From a virus, in the IMG/VR virus record IMGVR_UViG_3300028837_000601, positions 1 through 39,503 of that record: a DNA stretch of 39,503 nucleotides. The stretch is one strand, 5' to 3'. Below are positions 8,452 through 16,964 of this stretch, piece after piece. Below the pieces are notes generated by a model. It was not told the DNA's origin. It ran no database searches and saw only the letters and a list, made by a program, of their open reading frames with translations. How positions within the stretch are numbered: position 1 is the stretch's first letter; each line of letters starts with the position of its first letter. A program made the translations under genes and the position numbers.

Positions 8452-8844
8452 TTAAAGGTCTTCAACCTTCTCCCTCTTTACAATACCATTAGCCAGCTCA
8501 GCTTCAGCAGTGGGTAGCTTCCCCCTGAACTTAACCTCAAGCAGTTTGTCTTCTTCGTCTGTAAGCCAAGCCAATCTAAGGTAAAGACTAAATGCCATCA
8601 TCGGGTCTTTGATATGAGCAATCATAGCTTTCCGAAGTTTAACATCGTTTTCCCTACCCAAGACAACTAGATACCAAGTAGCCCAGCTTTGGTCTGGGGT
8701 TTCATCAACCATATCTTTAATTGTCTTGCCAGCATATTGCTCATAGAAATCCTTAGCTTCACCGCAAATATTTAGTCGCCTAAGAATAACCAAAAGCTCA
8801 TCGGCTGAGGTTTCTGGTTTATATTTGTTGCTAATCTCAGACAT
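8452..8844 (-). CDS. hypothetical protein (helical)
   Basis: 130-aa ORF in the structural operon with a GGAG RBS. Confidence 0.7.
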   Translation of the reverse strand: MSEISNKYKPETSADELLVILRRLNICGEAKDFYEQYAGKTIKDMVDETPDQSWATWYLVVLGRENDVKLRKAMIAHIKDPMMAFSLYLRLAWLTDEEDKLLEVKFRGKLPTAEAELANGIVKREKVEDL

Positions 8845-8869
8845 TTAATCTCCTATAAACTATTACCAA

Positions 8870-9349
8870 TTAACTTGCCCCAAATGAAACTGTCCAAGTA
8901 ATTTCTAGTGTATCGGCTGCACCTTTGTTGATAACAGCAAAACTGGCAACTGTCATCATTGAGGTGTTGTCTGAAGTCAAGAATATGCCAGCTTCTGTAA
9001 TAGCACCTGTGCCGTCAGCAGCAGCCCAGTCTCCGATATAAACCAAATCATTGTCAACTACCCCCGCACCTTGGGTAGTAGAAGTTAGGGCATTGATGTC
9101 AAGTTGGTTAGCCAGTCCAACATCCCCCGAACCTTGTCCAGTCCCCGTGCCAACTGCCATAAAGCCAATCTGTCCATCAGTGGGGACATCAGCTAACTGG
9201 TCGGCTACTTGGGCATCCATAAGCTCGGTGATGGTGTTGTGGATAACACGCTCTTCCTTCAATTCACCATCGAAGCCGAATAGCTTTATATGACACGTCC
9301 CCTTGATTCCCATCTTACTATGAAGTCCTTGACTTTTTTCCCGATACAT
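8870..9349 (-). CDS. hypothetical structural protein
   Basis: 159-aa ORF with an alternative start at ATG 9313 (MGIKGTCHIKLFGFDGELKEER). The segment NTITELMDAQVADQLA...FMAVGTGTG belongs to a type I recall from phage virion proteins. Confidence 0.65.
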   Translation of the reverse strand: MYREKSQGLHSKMGIKGTCHIKLFGFDGELKEERVIHNTITELMDAQVADQLADVPTDGQIGFMAVGTGTGQGSGDVGLANQLDINALTSTTQGAGVVDNDLVYIGDWAAADGTGAITEAGIFLTSDNTSMMTVASFAVINKGAADTLEITWTVSFGAS

Positions 9350-9473
9350 TTCTAACCCCCTGTGTTACTTTCCGCTCCCTTGGCTTCCGTTCGTCCTTCA
9401 CTTTGCCATCAGCACCACGTAAGACGATATGAACCTTATCTTTGATTCCAATTTGTTCTTTTATTTCTGCCAT
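9318..9473 (-). CDS. 51-aa ORF that duplicates the N-terminus of the next gene (gene-fragment relic or slippage-fused leader)
   Basis: AAGGAG RBS 7 nt before ATG 9473. Its GIKDKVHIVLRGADGKVKDER matches GIKGTCHIKLFGFDGELKEER of 8870..9349 at 12 of 21 positions. Confidence 0.45.
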   Translation of the reverse strand: MAEIKEQIGIKDKVHIVLRGADGKVKDERKPRERKVTQGVRNVSGKKSRTS

Positions 9474-9483
9474 AATTCACTCC

Positions 9484-9930
9484 TTAATGCGGATGATGTC
9501 TAAAATGAACTGTGCAAGTATCGGCTACAGCCGTCTCAGTTTTCATCCTATAATAGATTAATTGCCCTGCTGGAAACTCAGGAGCCCAAAATCTATCCTG
9601 TATATGGGCTGCTTGAAACTTACCAGCCCCAGCAAACCGCCCTGATGTTATTGGATTCTTAGCAGCTCCCCATGCTATCTCAAACATATAAATAGCGTTA
9701 TTATCGCTGATTGTCTCAATCAATATAGATGTGATGTGCCCTGGAACCGTAGCGAATGAAGCCGACAATAAAGTAGCTGCACTATCTTGAATTTGAGCCC
9801 ACGCACTCCAAGTATGAGCATTGGCATGAGCTGTAAAGGTGCAAGTTAAATTAGTATCCGATGGGAATATGCTAGTTATATGCTGGACAGCATCATCAAC
9901 ATCGTGAATTCTTCCTGTTTTATCTATCAT
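9484..9930 (-). CDS. hypothetical structural protein
   Basis: 148-aa ORF sharing a 4-nt overlap with the upstream gene. Confidence 0.7.
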   Translation of the reverse strand: MIDKTGRIHDVDDAVQHITSIFPSDTNLTCTFTAHANAHTWSAWAQIQDSAATLLSASFATVPGHITSILIETISDNNAIYMFEIAWGAAKNPITSGRFAGAGKFQAAHIQDRFWAPEFPAGQLIYYRMKTETAVADTCTVHFRHHPH

Positions 9931-10649
9931 GACCTAAACCATTCCACTTCTTTTTCCCATATCTGTTGCCATTCAATTTCTGTTAATGCTCTTTCAAACC
10001 ACCATCTAGGTCTCCACAATCCGCCTTTATAGTGATTGTCATTTAAGGGATTGCGTCCAATATTAAGATTTACGGCACAGGAGTCGGGGTCTAACAAGCC
10101 ACCATCACATATCGTAGTAAGGGCATTAAAGTTGCCCTCCACATCACCACGATAGAATATTGCATTCTGAGTAGCCTGAAGCCGACTGAAGCCCATAAAA
10201 TACCAATTGCCATAAGCCCATCCATGAGAATAAGCAGATGTGCGAAGATTAGGAGCTAGGCTCAAATGATGATGACGCATTTGAAGTGTCAAGGTCGTAT
10301 AATGATACATTTCCCATCCAGTATTATCTAATAGAAAACGGCTCATCAAGGTTTTGTCATCATCTCCACCACTATCAATCCGAAACCATCCCCCAACGCT
10401 GTAGTCCGTATTGGTGAAGTCTAAGAGTGTAGTATCTGCTGCGGAAGCCCACAGATAATCAGTAGCCCCATTGAGAGTAAGAAAAGGCAAATTTGAATCA
10501 AGAATTGACCACACGCCAGGTGCACCCACTATTGTAACTAAAGGATGCGTCCTTGCTATGCTGTGAGTAATAGCCCCAGTGCCTTCCCGAAATGGAAGGT
10601 CTAATGCCATATTTCTGTTTATAGCTAAAGCATCATAATGCACACTCAT
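9927..10649 (-). CDS. LamG / concanavalin-like domain protein
   Basis: 240 aa. The pattern LNGATDYLWASAADTTLLDFTNTDYSVGGWFRIDSGGDDDKTLMSRF...IFYRGDVEG is typical of Laminin_G_3-type domains. Confidence 0.65.
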   Translation of the reverse strand: MSVHYDALAINRNMALDLPFREGTGAITHSIARTHPLVTIVGAPGVWSILDSNLPFLTLNGATDYLWASAADTTLLDFTNTDYSVGGWFRIDSGGDDDKTLMSRFLLDNTGWEMYHYTTLTLQMRHHHLSLAPNLRTSAYSHGWAYGNWYFMGFSRLQATQNAIFYRGDVEGNFNALTTICDGGLLDPDSCAVNLNIGRNPLNDNHYKGGLWRPRWWFERALTEIEWQQIWEKEVEWFRS

Positions 10650-10658
10650 TTTTGCACC

Positions 10659-10946
10659 TCACCTAGATTCCTTTTTATTTTCTATATACCCTTTAAGTGC
10701 TTTCTCTACATTAGGTCTTTGGGTAAAAGCTAACCTAGATATATTTTTTAACTCCGATGCTGAAAGCCCTGAGACTGCTTCCGATGTTATCATACGCCTT
10801 AAAAATTCCTTGCTCATTTCTTGAGGCATAGCTTTAAGAGTAGCAACCATATCCAAGTTCTCGTAGGCTAAATTCTCCTCTACACAATAACTTTCTAACC
10901 AAAGCCAAATAGGGTCATCCTTATCTAGCTCCCAAGTTGTACTCAT
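10659..10946 (-). CDS. hypothetical protein
   Basis: 95-aa ORF whose start overlaps the stop of the upstream gene. Confidence 0.65.
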   Translation of the reverse strand: MSTTWELDKDDPIWLWLESYCVEENLAYENLDMVATLKAMPQEMSKEFLRRMITSEAVSGLSASELKNISRLAFTQRPNVEKALKGYIENKKESR

Positions 10947-11416
10947 TATGGAGCCTCCTCGTAAAATACTTCCCAGTCATAAGCCCGATGTGTTCCAATC
11001 GCTGTATTCTGAAGCGTTATCGCAACACCATATCTGTTAGGTTCTAAATCTACATTGATTAACTCAGGACTAACTACCCCTGCATAGGTTACTGTATCCT
11101 GTAGGACAAGAGCACCGCCTGGGACTATCTGATAGTAAGTTCTTAAAACTATAGTCTCAGTAGCCGTCTGATTTGTCATATCTATCTTGAAGCATACTGG
11201 TCTAAAAACACCTGCTGGAGCTGCATTGATATAGACATCCTGTTCAGCAGCAGTGGTTGTGATTTGACCGCTTGTCTCGGTAAGTATAGCCTCACTATCG
11301 GTGACTTCCCTAATAGCTCCCGTGTCTTCCAGAATTGCATCACAGAGTGCATCAATGATAACGATTAAGGATAACAAATAGGTATCATCATAAGGATTGT
11401 GTATCATACTTGCCAC
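10946..11416 (-). CDS. hypothetical structural protein
   Basis: 156-aa ORF overlapping the upstream gene by 13 nt. Confidence 0.7.
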   Translation of the reverse strand: MASMIHNPYDDTYLLSLIVIIDALCDAILEDTGAIREVTDSEAILTETSGQITTTAAEQDVYINAAPAGVFRPVCFKIDMTNQTATETIVLRTYYQIVPGGALVLQDTVTYAGVVSPELINVDLEPNRYGVAITLQNTAIGTHRAYDWEVFYEEAP

Positions 11417-11712
11417 TCTCCTTCGCTTATAGTAATACTGCCGTCCTCACCTACATTGCAGATAGCTGAAAAGGCACCTAGATATAGGTTCTGAGTGTCC
11501 ATAGTGTAAGAACCGCCATTGGGGTTTAATCTAATCCCTGAGCCAACCACAGCAGTATCGCCCCTAGCAAGATAAACAACCACGTCTAAATCGTTGACAA
11601 TCTCTATGTCTGCTCTTTGCTCATTAGCTACAACAACAATGACACTGGCATCTGTCACTCCTGCCGTAGCATTATTAGTTCTTAGTATTGGGTGTATTCT
11701 TGGGTCAGGCAT
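11404..11712 (-). CDS. hypothetical small beta-rich protein
   Basis: Start placed at ATG 11712 (MPDPRIHPILR), which follows a GAGGGAGGG RBS. The track start at 11790 lacks an RBS. Confidence 0.65.
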   Translation of the reverse strand: MPDPRIHPILRTNNATAGVTDASVIVVVANEQRADIEIVNDLDVVVYLARGDTAVVGSGIRLNPNGGSYTMDTQNLYLGAFSAICNVGEDGSITISEGEWQV

Positions 11713-11872
11713 CTTTCCCTCCCTCTGGCGGATACTCGCCGTAAATCTCCCAGTATAAAATCCACTTATGGTTATAGATGCACTCTTCAACCAAGCATTT
11801 GTTACCAGACCGATGAGTACAATCTACTAATTTGCAAAATTTAGAATTATAAGGTTCCCTGTCTTTTGGCAT
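11705..11872 (-). CDS. 55-aa Cys/His-rich microprotein
   Basis: Not in the ORF track. GGAG RBS, ATG at 11872. Translation: MPKDREPYNSKFCKLVDCTHRSGNKCLVEECIYNHKWILYWEIYGEYPPEGGKDA. Its stop overlaps the next start (ATGCCTGA). Confidence 0.45.
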   Translation of the reverse strand: MPKDREPYNSKFCKLVDCTHRSGNKCLVEECIYNHKWILYWEIYGEYPPEGGKDA

Positions 11873-11879
11873 GATTCTC

Positions 11880-12179
11880 CTATTTAAACATTACAGTGAA
11901 ATCACCTACTAGATTAGTGAACACCATATGTATCCCGACATCCATTTCGCAATCATAAATAAAGGGCATTGGTTGACAGGAAACATGGATGAGATTCGTG
12001 AGATTAAGTGTTCCGATTAGGGTTCCAGTGGCATCTATGCCATCATAGATAGCACAAGTGCCCACTACGGTCATCCCATTAAATATTATTGAATGCAACA
12101 CGCAAGCACCCGTATGCACCGTTCCCGTACCCGTTACATTTAATTTATCCCAGGGATAATCTATTGCTGGATTTCCCAT
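11880..12179 (-). CDS. hypothetical small beta-rich protein
   Basis: Start placed at ATG 12179 (MGNPAIDYPW), which follows AAGGAGG. The first 20 codons of the track ORF run through the stem-loop. Confidence 0.65.
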   Translation of the reverse strand: MGNPAIDYPWDKLNVTGTGTVHTGACVLHSIIFNGMTVVGTCAIYDGIDATGTLIGTLNLTNLIHVSCQPMPFIYDCEMDVGIHMVFTNLVGDFTVMFK

Positions 12180-12196
12180 ATTAACCTCCTTACAGT

Positions 12197-12236
12197 CTAG
12201 CCGAAAGGGGGAAAGGAGCAACCCCCTCCCGACTAG
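12197..12236 (-). promoter_or_regulatory. 15-bp stem-loop immediately after the major capsid gene (partial terminator or mRNA stabiliser)
   Basis: Minus-strand RNA is CUAGUCGGGAGGGGG-UUGCUCCUUU-CCCCCUUUCGGCUAG. It forms 15 pairs including 3 G-U pairs. No U-tract follows. Confidence 0.5.
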
Positions 12237-12262
12237 CAAGTTTAGTATCGTTTATTCTCCTT

Positions 12263-13387
12263 TTACGTTATTGCGCCATCTCCGCCTAGATAAGTGGCTC
12301 TCCAGTCAAGAGTAGTTCCACCAAAGACATGCCTTACTCTGTAAAGCACATTATCGGTAGCAAAATCGCCACTCATCGGCCCAATTGCTCCGCCACCAAC
12401 AGTTACCTTGTCGCTTGCCTTCATGCAAATCTCTGGTCGCTCATGTCCTCTGAGATGAGCAAACTCAAGAGCTGCAATATCCTTCGGGTCAGCGAATAGA
12501 TACCACTGGGATAACCTAGCCGCAGCATTGGTGCCGTATATCGCCAGATATGGGTCAACTATTAGAGTCAATCCATATTGAGCTATCGTGTTGGTCATCG
12601 GGTATGCTGTCGCAGCAGCAGGGTCTGTATCTGATAGCCACATCTTGTTGGCTGAAGTCAGGATTTGGCGAGCCGTCATTTCAAGACCTGGAGGTACAAC
12701 AAGATATTTAGCCCTATTCTGTATTGGCTGATTATTAGCATCCAGGACGGACGCCATATACTCCACCCCTGTCTCAAGACTGGCGATGGACAAAGCAGTT
12801 CCTACAGCGTTGTTTGGGGCAGCAACCCTCTTATAGAGGGTGGTATTCCCAGCATAGGTAGAAGTGACTAAATCGTGTTCAGTCCTTACCGCAGCCCTAG
12901 CAAACCTCTCTGGCGTATCCTTCAAAGCTCCCAAGTCATCGTTGATTAGAGTTTCCCAAGAGATGTCAAACTGTTGACCATATTTCAAGACTGACAAATC
13001 GTAGTAATCTTCAGTCCTGTCAGTTGCCAGATATTCTCCCTTCTCGGGAACCCTGGGAAGTACGCTATCTCCGCCAGCAATAGCAAAGCGTCTTGATGTC
13101 TTGAAGTCTCTTACAGTAGACATCTTGACAATAGCTTTCCAAACAGGGTCAACAGCTTTATAGGATGCGAGAACCTGTCTATCCAAGACATCGCCAAACA
13201 GATGAGGGAAGTCAGAAGTTGTCATTGCTTCCCTGAGTAGATATTCGTGTTTATGGGCTGGAAGGTTATTTGCGTTACTGAGCAGGTCAATAGTCTCCTT
13301 TAGTTTCAGCTCATATCCCTCACCACGATTTACATCATTGAGGGCAACATAACCCTTCCAATCCTCCATTAACTTCATCAGTTCCAT
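12263..13387 (-). CDS. major capsid protein (HK97 fold, Mu gpT-like)
   Basis: 374 aa. Pattern LREAMTTSDFPHLFGDVLDRQVL...RDFKTSRRF...LPRVPEKGEY...ISWETLINDDLGA, as I recall for Mu-T-type capsid proteins. Lies downstream of the scaffold and MuF genes. Confidence 0.75.
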   Translation of the reverse strand: MELMKLMEDWKGYVALNDVNRGEGYELKLKETIDLLSNANNLPAHKHEYLLREAMTTSDFPHLFGDVLDRQVLASYKAVDPVWKAIVKMSTVRDFKTSRRFAIAGGDSVLPRVPEKGEYLATDRTEDYYDLSVLKYGQQFDISWETLINDDLGALKDTPERFARAAVRTEHDLVTSTYAGNTTLYKRVAAPNNAVGTALSIASLETGVEYMASVLDANNQPIQNRAKYLVVPPGLEMTARQILTSANKMWLSDTDPAAATAYPMTNTIAQYGLTLIVDPYLAIYGTNAAARLSQWYLFADPKDIAALEFAHLRGHERPEICMKASDKVTVGGGAIGPMSGDFATDNVLYRVRHVFGGTTLDWRATYLGGDGAIT

Positions 13388-13406
13388 TAGGATTATCCTC
13401 CTGTGT

Positions 13407-13853
13407 TTATTTTTTTACCATCTTGATAAACTTCAATAAAGCCAACAAGATGCTTGGTTCAATCTCCAACTCTATAGTAGAGGGGATTTCAACCACATCA
13501 AGCACTATTTCAGTTTCCTTAGCCATCAATTCCCCATGCTCCGAAGCAAACTTCTCTAGTTTAGGATTCGGCACCATATTAACGTTACCAGCCTTATCCT
13601 TTATTTCATTACCGTCTGCGTCAGTTTCAACAATCAGAGCTGGCGGCGGTATGAGCTGCATCGGATTTTGGGGATTAGGCACGCCATAGGTTTGAAACAA
13701 TCCCTGACGGACTTTATCAATGACTCCTAATTGGTCATTGAGTTTAGCCGCCAGTGTTGCCAACCCATAGCTAATTTCAAATGGTGGCTTGGAAGCCATC
13801 AATTTCTCTAGTGGTTCCCTTGCGTTAAAGATTTCTCCATTTGTTAGTTTCAC
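13407..13853 (-). CDS. hypothetical head-module protein
   Basis: 148-aa ORF between the decoration-like gene and the capsid gene. Confidence 0.65.
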   Translation of the reverse strand: MKLTNGEIFNAREPLEKLMASKPPFEISYGLATLAAKLNDQLGVIDKVRQGLFQTYGVPNPQNPMQLIPPPALIVETDADGNEIKDKAGNVNMVPNPKLEKFASEHGELMAKETEIVLDVVEIPSTIELEIEPSILLALLKFIKMVKK

Positions 13854-13901
13854 CTTTTTACTCCTTTTTTAGTTTAGTTTAGGCAGCAGCTGCGTAGACT
13901 C

Positions 13902-14936
13902 TCACCCACTTGACGGAACCTCCATCAATATCGCACATAAGCGGGATACTACCGCGCCTGTGATAGTTGTAGATGCTGGTGCATAGACTCCATCATTTCT
14001 GGGTGAACAAACATTGACATTACTAGCATCAAGTTTAGCTGTGCCAACAACGTTTACCCAAGTGGAGGAGGCAACTGAGCAAACAGTAGCTTCGCCAGTC
14101 ACGGTGAGGTCAATTTCAACCATTCCAACGCCGTCACCCAATGTAGGAGTTGCCATAGTTCCGTGGTAACTTGCTATTCTAGCGTCGTTTCCAAGGGTAG
14201 TATTGACTAAGGACATCCTGGCTATATCGGTATCATAGAGCCAATAGGACGCTACTCCTATGCCGAATATCTGGACGCTGTTAACGTGGTGGGTTGCATT
14301 ACCGATTAGGATAGAACCAGTGTCATCAGTCAGGGGTAGGATTTCAAGGTTGGTTCCATCCCACTCTACGCTCACATCTCTGTCATCACCAAAGTAGAGC
14401 ATCTCGTCATCAAGCAACCAGTGTGCTCTCGGGTCCCAGTGAACCTTGACAGCGATGACACCAAATGCGTTTGCAGCGATAAAGCCCAGAGCATAGCCGA
14501 ATGGAATCTGGATTGCGTTGTTCCTTATCTTGCTGATAACAGCATTCCCCACACCATCGTGAGAAGAGTCATCAGTACCAGCAGAATCATCGCTGATAAA
14601 TAGCGCATCGCCTGGGTTGACATCCACACCACCATTATCATCAAAGGCATTGACATTAAGATTAAAGATGCCTTCAGTATCAATGGCAATCAGGTCAGTC
14701 AGAGCCGCAGCATCGTTCAAGGCTACACCCACTGCCAGCCCATAGGCAGTATGAGGAGTAGCACCAAGAGCACGGGCGATAATGACGGGGTCGCCTTTGT
14801 TTACAAAGGCATCAGCAGCATGTAGAGGATGCATTAACTCATCTTCTACCATTGTTAGATGCCTTCCCTCATAAGTAGAAGACACCTCGGTTCCATTTTC
14901 TAAATCCGCAGTATAAACTCCTGCAGTTGTAGGCAT
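13902..14936 (-). CDS. capsid decoration / cement-like protein with DUF2190-like N-terminal domain
   Basis: The segment FVNKGDPVIIARALG...GLAVGVALNDAA...IAIDTEGIFNLNV fits the DUF2190 pattern. 344 aa, GGAGG RBS. Confidence 0.55.
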   Translation of the reverse strand: MPTTAGVYTADLENGTEVSSTYEGRHLTMVEDELMHPLHAADAFVNKGDPVIIARALGATPHTAYGLAVGVALNDAAALTDLIAIDTEGIFNLNVNAFDDNGGVDVNPGDALFISDDSAGTDDSSHDGVGNAVISKIRNNAIQIPFGYALGFIAANAFGVIAVKVHWDPRAHWLLDDEMLYFGDDRDVSVEWDGTNLEILPLTDDTGSILIGNATHHVNSVQIFGIGVASYWLYDTDIARMSLVNTTLGNDARIASYHGTMATPTLGDGVGMVEIDLTVTGEATVCSVASSTWVNVVGTAKLDASNVNVCSPRNDGVYAPASTTITGAVVSRLCAILMEVPSSG

Positions 14937-14962
14937 TGTTTTACCTCCTAGTTATTTTTTAC

Positions 14963-16276
14963 TTAACGCCCAGAAACGGCAGTCTCTATCTGTTCGTCCG
15001 TCCATTCTGGGTGTAGTTTCTTGAAAGACTCTTTTAAGGCTTCCCTATCCTTCTCGGCATTAGGTTGTGAGCCTCCAAAGCCCTTCACTTTGCCTGCTTC
15101 AGATAATTTAGCAATATAATCCACTTCAGACTGTATCGCTTCTACTATTCCATCAGCAGACTCAGCGTCCTTGAACCTCTCAATAAGACGTTCTTTGGCA
15201 GCATCGGGTAGCTCGGCTTTGTCTACAGCCTCTTTTATGGTGGCTTGTGCTTCAGCTTTTGCCTGTGCCTTCTCCGCCTCAGTTATCTTGGTTTTGAGGT
15301 CATCACGCTCCGTGGTCAAATCGGTAATCTGACCCTCCAGTTCCGTTACTCTCTCTTCCAATTCCATCTTGTGCTTTACCTCCTGTTGTATTTCGTCCCT
15401 AACTTTAGCTTCTACAGCCTTGATTAAGTCAGGACGCTTCTCCTTTAGGGTCGCTAGTTCTATCAGGTCAATGTCCTGGCATCTGTCAGCTTCGTAGAGT
15501 GTAACAACACCACCGGCACCGGGTTCGGTTACAAAATCAACCGACCTGCAAGCGACAAGTTTCTCTATCACCAATGTCTCCTTACCATCTACCATAGCTT
15601 TAGAAGCACTCCCTACTGCATTGATTGAAATGCCCATCTCTGATAGCATCTCCTTATCTCGCAGTGAAGCTAACTTCTGCATCAGCCAGGGCTCAACGAT
15701 TTCAGCGACACCGGTAACAGTTCCCTTCTCATCGCAAGTTACCTCGGTTAATGTAGCCACCCAGTCCCTTATTGACCTCTCAGGACGTGCTTTCTCTTCT
15801 TCATCTGTCGGGTGGTCGGCATACATCTTCATATTTTCAAATATGCCATAATCCCTCTTCAAAACTTCTTCAGGATAATATCTATCTTCAGTAGCATTAA
15901 AGCCAGCCTTAATAACGACTACAGTAGCCCGACCTTTATCAAACTTGGCCTCAGTAAGAGGCGTATAACCCTTAATTAGTTCTCTAGTCTCTTTCTCCTT
16001 CACCCATCTCGGTATATCTTCTTCTTCAACATCTAATTTCCTATATTCAGCCCGTATCTTCCTTTTAACAGCAGCCAATTCAGCGGGGGGTATAGTCGCT
16101 TTACGCCCCCTTAGCCCTCCAGGGCTAAGAGCTGCGGCTATTCTGCCTAGTTGAGCCTTGGTTACTTTCTTATCAAGGTCTTCCCACATCCTGAGTTGCC
16201 ATGTGCCAGGTCTATGCGAGTTGGGGGCATAAGCAAACGCTGCCATAGGATAATCACTTCCCTCTTCAGCCTTCAC
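14963..16276 (-). CDS. scaffold / prohead-maturation protein (Mu gpI/Z-like position), C-terminal coiled coil
   Basis: 437 aa. The C-terminal 150 aa are heptad-like and E/K/A-rich (ELEERVTELEGQITDLTTERDDLKTKITEAEKAQAKAEAQ). Start uncertain: GTG 16276 or ATG 16246. Confidence 0.55.
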   Translation of the reverse strand: MKAEEGSDYPMAAFAYAPNSHRPGTWQLRMWEDLDKKVTKAQLGRIAAALSPGGLRGRKATIPPAELAAVKRKIRAEYRKLDVEEEDIPRWVKEKETRELIKGYTPLTEAKFDKGRATVVVIKAGFNATEDRYYPEEVLKRDYGIFENMKMYADHPTDEEEKARPERSIRDWVATLTEVTCDEKGTVTGVAEIVEPWLMQKLASLRDKEMLSEMGISINAVGSASKAMVDGKETLVIEKLVACRSVDFVTEPGAGGVVTLYEADRCQDIDLIELATLKEKRPDLIKAVEAKVRDEIQQEVKHKMELEERVTELEGQITDLTTERDDLKTKITEAEKAQAKAEAQATIKEAVDKAELPDAAKERLIERFKDAESADGIVEAIQSEVDYIAKLSEAGKVKGFGGSQPNAEKDREALKESFKKLHPEWTDEQIETAVSGR

Positions 16277-16320
16277 CGCTGGTTGCTCTTTGAGCCAAGT
16301 TAAGACTGACTTAGCCTCTT

Positions 16321-16743
16321 TCAGGGTCTCCTTAGCCTTCTTCTCTTCTGGCTCATTCTCGTCTGACGCTCATTGTCAAATACCTCTTCAATGGTCAGCT
16401 TCTTAGGTATAGGTGATTCAATCCCTAACCCGTATTCTGAAATTAAAGCTGACTGGAGTAGATTTCTTTTGTTTTTATCACTTAGCATAATAGCCTCCTT
16501 GGTTGCTGCCTCAAAAGCACCATCATTCTCCTTACAATGGGTGCGAGCCCTTCCCTCTGTCCAGATTTCCTTATCATAGCGATAAGCCTGTGTAGCCGTA
16601 GTAGTCTGCCCTTTAGGTCTACCAATAATAATTGTTAGCTTCTCGCTACCTTCACCCCTATCAATCCGCCTGAAACTCTCATCCTGAAACTCTCCAGGGT
16701 CTCTAATTCTACAAGCATGTTCATTAGGATATGGCATAAACAC
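16321..16743 (-). CDS. conserved head-module protein of unknown function
   Basis: 140 aa. The N-terminal MPYPNEHACRIRDPGEF is a motif I recall from phage head-gene clusters. AGGAGG RBS. Confidence 0.65.
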   Translation of the reverse strand: MFMPYPNEHACRIRDPGEFQDESFRRIDRGEGSEKLTIIIGRPKGQTTTATQAYRYDKEIWTEGRARTHCKENDGAFEAATKEAIMLSDKNKRNLLQSALISEYGLGIESPIPKKLTIEEVFDNERQTRMSQKRRRLRRP

Positions 16744-16749
16744 CTCCTA

Positions 16750-16783
16750 AAATAAAAAGAGCCGACAAGCTTTCGCCTATCGG
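16750..16783 (-). terminator. intrinsic terminator (9-bp stem, GAAA tetraloop, U-tract)
   Basis: Minus-strand RNA is CCGAUAGGC-GAAA-GCUUGUCGG followed by CUCUUUUUAUUUU. The U-tract runs into the AGGAGG RBS of 16321..16743. Confidence 0.7.
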
Positions 16784-16891
16784 TTCTTCCGTTTTCGGCT
16801 ATTCTATTTAATTGTTAATCTAATTTAATCCAGTTTAACTGTCCTCTCTATAGTTATCAGGGTCGGCTTGCCTGCTCGCACCTGCACTTTA

Positions 16892-16921
16892 ATTATACCA
16901 TACTCAAGAAACTTTAGCCAA
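16892..16921 (-). promoter_or_regulatory. sigma70-like promoter with extended -10 (TTGGCT-N18-TGgTATAAT)
   Basis: On the minus strand the -35 is at 16921-16916 and the TATAAT at 16897-16892, preceded by TGG. It lies in the 220-bp gap after the MuF-like gene. Confidence 0.55.
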
Positions 16922-16964
16922 TTAACCTTCTCCAGTTCCTTCCTGAGCTCTGTATCTTTATCTA

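Noticed and set aside
16277-16372. -1 frameshift fusion of the 140-aa ORF (16321..16743) with the 437-aa scaffold-like ORF
   Set aside because: The downstream frame is open for only about 50 nt of overlap, and that overlap contains no X_XXY_YYZ heptamer. An independent start (GTG 16276 or ATG 16246) is the simpler explanation.
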